Shown in pieces: positions 16,807 to 19,560 of a DNA stretch of 19,560 bases (the first letter of the stretch is position 1; every line of letters starts with the position of its first letter). Origin of the DNA: a bacterium (lineage in GTDB: Bacteria > Sysuimicrobiota > Sysuimicrobiia > Sysuimicrobiales > Kaftiobacteriaceae). The notes under the pieces were generated by a model. It was given only the letters and a program-made list of their open reading frames with translations. It ran no database searches and was not told the origin of the DNA. Position numbers and translations under genes: made by a program. Location of the stretch: assembly GCA_044868695.1 (NCBI GenBank), contig JBIOWP010000009.1:1-19560 (forward strand), written 5' to 3'.

Positions 16807-16902
16807 CAGACATGATGGATCCGGGGTGAACTGGGCAGTCACGCCAGGACCCCGTGCAGTTGATTGTGTAGGTTGAGTAGATTGTGTAGCTTGCGTCGTT
16901 TG
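16774..16902. repeat. Inverted short-tandem-repeat element C (9-nt unit CAAYCTACW)
   Basis: Left arm GAAACCGCA CAACCTACT CAATCTACA CAAT (16774-16804). Right arm AGTTGATTG TGTAGGTTG AGTAGATTG TGTAGCTTG CGTCGTTTG (16858-16902) is the reverse complement of the same unit. Confidence 0.88.
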
Positions 16903-16934
16903 GGGTGGCGGCTGCGGCCGCCATTTTTCACTGC

Positions 16935-18266
16935 ATGAGCGCACCCATTGTCGCAATCGTCGGCCGTCCCAACGTCGGAAAGTCGGCGCTGTTCAACCGT
17001 CTGGTGGGGCAGCGCAAGGCCATCGTGGAAGGGACGCCCGGAGTGACCCGCGACCGGCTCTATGGGACTGCGGCCTGGGGCGGCCGGGAGTTTTCAATCG
17101 TGGACACGGGCGGCCTGGTCTGGCCCGCGGGCGCGCAGGTCGGCGCACAGGTGCGCGCACAGGCCGAGCGCGCGATCGAGGACGCTGATGTGATCCTCTT
17201 CGTGGTCGATGCCCGCGCCGGGCTGGTTCCCGATGACCGTGACGTGGCGGAGCGCCTGCGCGCCAGCCGCCGGCCGGTCCTCGTGGTCGCCAACAAGGTC
17301 GAAGAGAATGATCAGCCCGGCCCCCTGGAGTTCTATGAGATGGGGCTGGGCGATCCCATTCCCATCTCAGCGCTCCACGGGCTGGGAATCGGCGATCTGC
17401 TGGACCAGATCGTCGCGCTGCTTCCAGAAGGCGGGCCGCAGGAGGCCACAGCTTCCGCGATTCAGGTAGCGGTGGTGGGACGGCCCAATGTCGGCAAATC
17501 CTCTCTCGTCAACGCGATGCTCGGAGAGGAACGCGTGATCGTCGATCCGGCCCCCGGGACGACCCGGGACGCGATCGATACGCCGTTCGTCCGCGGAGAG
17601 CGCCGGTTCATCGTCGTTGACACCGCAGGGCTGCGGCGCAAGGCCAGAGTCGAGGAGGGCCTTGAGCGGTACAGCGTCATCAGATCCCTTGAGGCGGTCG
17701 ACCGGGCCGATGTGGTCATCCTGGTCCTCGACGCGTCCGGGCCCCCGGTGGAACAGGACCAGGAAATCGCGCGCTACACGGCGGAGCAGGGGAGGGCGCT
17801 CGTCCTGGCCGTCAACAAGTGGGATCTGGTCAGCACCACGTCGAAACCGCGCGACGACCGGCTGGCGCCCGTGCGCGGGGCGATGCGCTTCGTCGAGTAT
17901 GCCGCCATCGTCTGTACGTCGGCGGTCCGTGGATGGGGGATTGCGGTGCTTGTGGACCGGGTAACAGATGCCGCGGATGCCCATGCCCGACGGGTTCCCA
18001 CCGGACCTCTGAACCGCGCGATTGAGGAGGCGGAGCATGCACACAATCCGCCGGCCGACGGGGCGGGGCGGCAGCTGAAATTGCTCTACGCCACGCAGCC
18101 CAGCGCCAAACCACCGACGATCGTCCTGTTTGTCAACGACGCGGCGCTGGTGACCGAAAACTACCGCCGCTATCTTGAATCGCAGCTGCGCGGGACGTTT
18201 GACTTCCGCGGGACACCCATCCGTCTGGTATTCCGGACCAGAGAACGGAGCAAAGCACACCGGTGA
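16935..18266 (+). CDS. der: Ribosome biogenesis GTPase Der (EngA)
   Basis: Two GRPNVGKS P-loops, PGVTRDR/PGTTRD, DTGG/DTAG, NKVE/NKWD, and a KH-like C-terminus (F.GTPIRL). Confidence 0.97.
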   Translation: MSAPIVAIVGRPNVGKSALFNRLVGQRKAIVEGTPGVTRDRLYGTAAWGGREFSIVDTGGLVWPAGAQVGAQVRAQAERAIEDADVILFVVDARAGLVPDDRDVAERLRASRRPVLVVANKVEENDQPGPLEFYEMGLGDPIPISALHGLGIGDLLDQIVALLPEGGPQEATASAIQVAVVGRPNVGKSSLVNAMLGEERVIVDPAPGTTRDAIDTPFVRGERRFIVVDTAGLRRKARVEEGLERYSVIRSLEAVDRADVVILVLDASGPPVEQDQEIARYTAEQGRALVLAVNKWDLVSTTSKPRDDRLAPVRGAMRFVEYAAIVCTSAVRGWGIAVLVDRVTDAADAHARRVPTGPLNRAIEEAEHAHNPPADGAGRQLKLLYATQPSAKPPTIVLFVNDAALVTENYRRYLESQLRGTFDFRGTPIRLVFRTRERSKAHR

Positions 18267-18865
18267 CGGCGCTGCTGGCGGTCGCGGCGGCAGGCTACCT
18301 GCTCGGTTCTCTGCCGACCGGCCTCCTCGTCGTACGGGCGCTGACCGGCACAGATATCCGCACGCTTGGCAGCGGGAACATCGGGACGGTGAACGTGTAC
18401 CGGGTGGCGGGGCTGGGCGCGTCTGCGCTGGTGCTGGCCGTGGACATGCTCAAGGGCGCCGCCGCCGTCCTGCTGGCGCGGGCGTGGGGACAGCCGGAGA
18501 CCGCGCAGGTGACGGCAGGCCTGGCGGCCATCGCCGGACACAACTGGTCGCTGTTCTTGCGTTTCCGGGGCGGGAAGGGCATCGCCACATCGTTCGGGGT
18601 CCTGCTCGCGATCTCGCCGTTCGTCGGGCTTGTGGCCGCTGCGGTATGGGGCGCCGTGGTGGGGATCACGCAGTACGCATCGCTGGGTTCGCTGTTGGGC
18701 GTTGCGTCGGTGCCGCTGCTCATGTGGTGGCGCAGGGAGCCGCTCCCGCATCTCGTATTTGGAATCATCACCGTCGCGTTTGCCGTCTACCGGCACCGGG
18801 CCAATTTAGTGAGACTCATCTCGGGGACCGAGTTGAAGATTACCGACAAACCTCGGGATCGATGA
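18263..18865 (+). CDS. plsY: Glycerol-3-phosphate acyltransferase PlsY
   Basis: YLLGSLP, GSGNIGTVN, DMLKG, GHNWS..FRGGKGIAT, HRANLVRL..GTE. GTGA overlap with der. Confidence 0.95.
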   Translation: MTALLAVAAAGYLLGSLPTGLLVVRALTGTDIRTLGSGNIGTVNVYRVAGLGASALVLAVDMLKGAAAVLLARAWGQPETAQVTAGLAAIAGHNWSLFLRFRGGKGIATSFGVLLAISPFVGLVAAAVWGAVVGITQYASLGSLLGVASVPLLMWWRREPLPHLVFGIITVAFAVYRHRANLVRLISGTELKITDKPRDR

Positions 18866-18908
18866 CTGCGCCGCGCGGGATGCGGGCATAGGAAGGGTGT
18901 GATCGACC

Positions 18909-19499
18909 ATGTTCACTCCTGACATTCCCGTACAGCTCCTTGCGCTGGCGGTTATTCTGCTCCTGGTCGCGGTGTTCGGCCTACGGCGTCTGGTATTGCG
19001 GCGTATGGCCGATCGCGCCATCCGGGATCTGCAGACAGGCACCTACACCGCCGACTTCATCCAGGAAGTCTACCAGGCCGAACTGCGCCGGGCCGAACGC
19101 ACGGGGGTGCCCTTCTCCGTAGCCCTGGTGGCGCTGCGCGATGAAGATGAGGCCGGGAAAGCGCTCCCCGCGGACGCGCCGACGGCGGCCGCCCAATGGC
19201 TGCGCAGCAACCTCCGCAGCAGCGATTACATCGGCCGCCTGGAAGAGCGCCGCTTCGCGATGGTCCTGCCCGAGACGTGGGAAGAGGATGCGCGGATCGT
19301 CATGGCGCGCATTGACGGATCGTTCCACTACCAGCCCCGGGCCAGTGAAAAAGAGCGGTGGTTGGCCTGCAGCCTCGGCGTGGCGACCTGGACGCCGGAG
19401 GCTCCCGATGTCTGGGCCGTCGCAGTGAAGCAGCTCGAGGACGCCCTGCGCAGGCCGACCCAGCAATCACCCGGCTCCCTGTCCCCCAACCACACGTAA
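18909..19499 (+). CDS. Single-TM protein with degenerate GGDEF domain
   Basis: N-terminal hydrophobic helix, then D.QTG, ELRRAERTGVPFSVALV, LRSSDYIGRLEERRFAMVLPET and CSLGVAT. This is GGDEF fold grammar with EERRF at the active-site position. Confidence 0.8.
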   Translation: MFTPDIPVQLLALAVILLLVAVFGLRRLVLRRMADRAIRDLQTGTYTADFIQEVYQAELRRAERTGVPFSVALVALRDEDEAGKALPADAPTAAAQWLRSNLRSSDYIGRLEERRFAMVLPETWEEDARIVMARIDGSFHYQPRASEKERWLACSLGVATWTPEAPDVWAVAVKQLEDALRRPTQQSPGSLSPNHT

Positions 19500-19542
19500 G
19501 TCCCTAGGAATTTCCGCCGCTCGCCAGTGCTTGCCGGCTTGA

Positions 19543-19560
19543 TCCGCGTTTCCGCGTTCC
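19543..19560 (-). repeat. Start of another 8-nt tandem repeat (same family as B), cut by the window edge
   Basis: TCCGCGTT TCCGCGTT CC; the reverse complement gives GGAACGC GGAAACGC GGA. Confidence 0.5.

Noticed and set aside
16774..16902. CRISPR array or rho-independent terminator
   Set aside because: The units are 9 nt, contiguous and have no unique spacers, and there are no cas genes. The stem is very long and is not followed directly by a U-tract.
19471..19487. CGGCTCCC TGTCCCC as a further copy of the 7-mer repeat
   Set aside because: Only two poor units are present, which is not distinguishable from chance in GC-rich sequence.
18909..19499. Active diguanylate cyclase
   Set aside because: The GGDEF motif is replaced by EERRF and the upstream metal- and GTP-binding residues are absent.

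Overview
High-GC bacterial chromosomal window, almost fully coding. Left half (1-9343) is an acyl-CoA catabolic block. It holds a truncated divergent SCP2/archaeal-type thiolase-like gene, an acyl-CoA dehydrogenase, EtfB/EtfA, a two-subunit B12-dependent acyl-CoA mutase whose specificity residues (Phe/Gln) match isobutyryl-CoA mutase rather than methylmalonyl-CoA mutase, and trmI. A convergent thiolase plus SLC13/TrkA-C permease pair closes the block. Right half (9452-19499) is a rearranged housekeeping block: lysA, M50 protease, scpA, scpB, PspC-domain protein, csaA, cmk, plsC, lipid kinase, ispH, der, plsY and a membrane-anchored degenerate GGDEF protein. The most unusual unexplained signal is a recurring non-coding architecture at gene 3' ends: short tandem repeats with 7-, 8- or 9-nt units. 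At two sites they form inverted arms around a short structured spacer (~115-130 nt in total), and at three sites the repeats are translated as a C-terminal tail of the upstream protein. I saw no rRNA, tRNA, CRISPR array or transposase. All calls come from motif recognition by eye; no searches were run.
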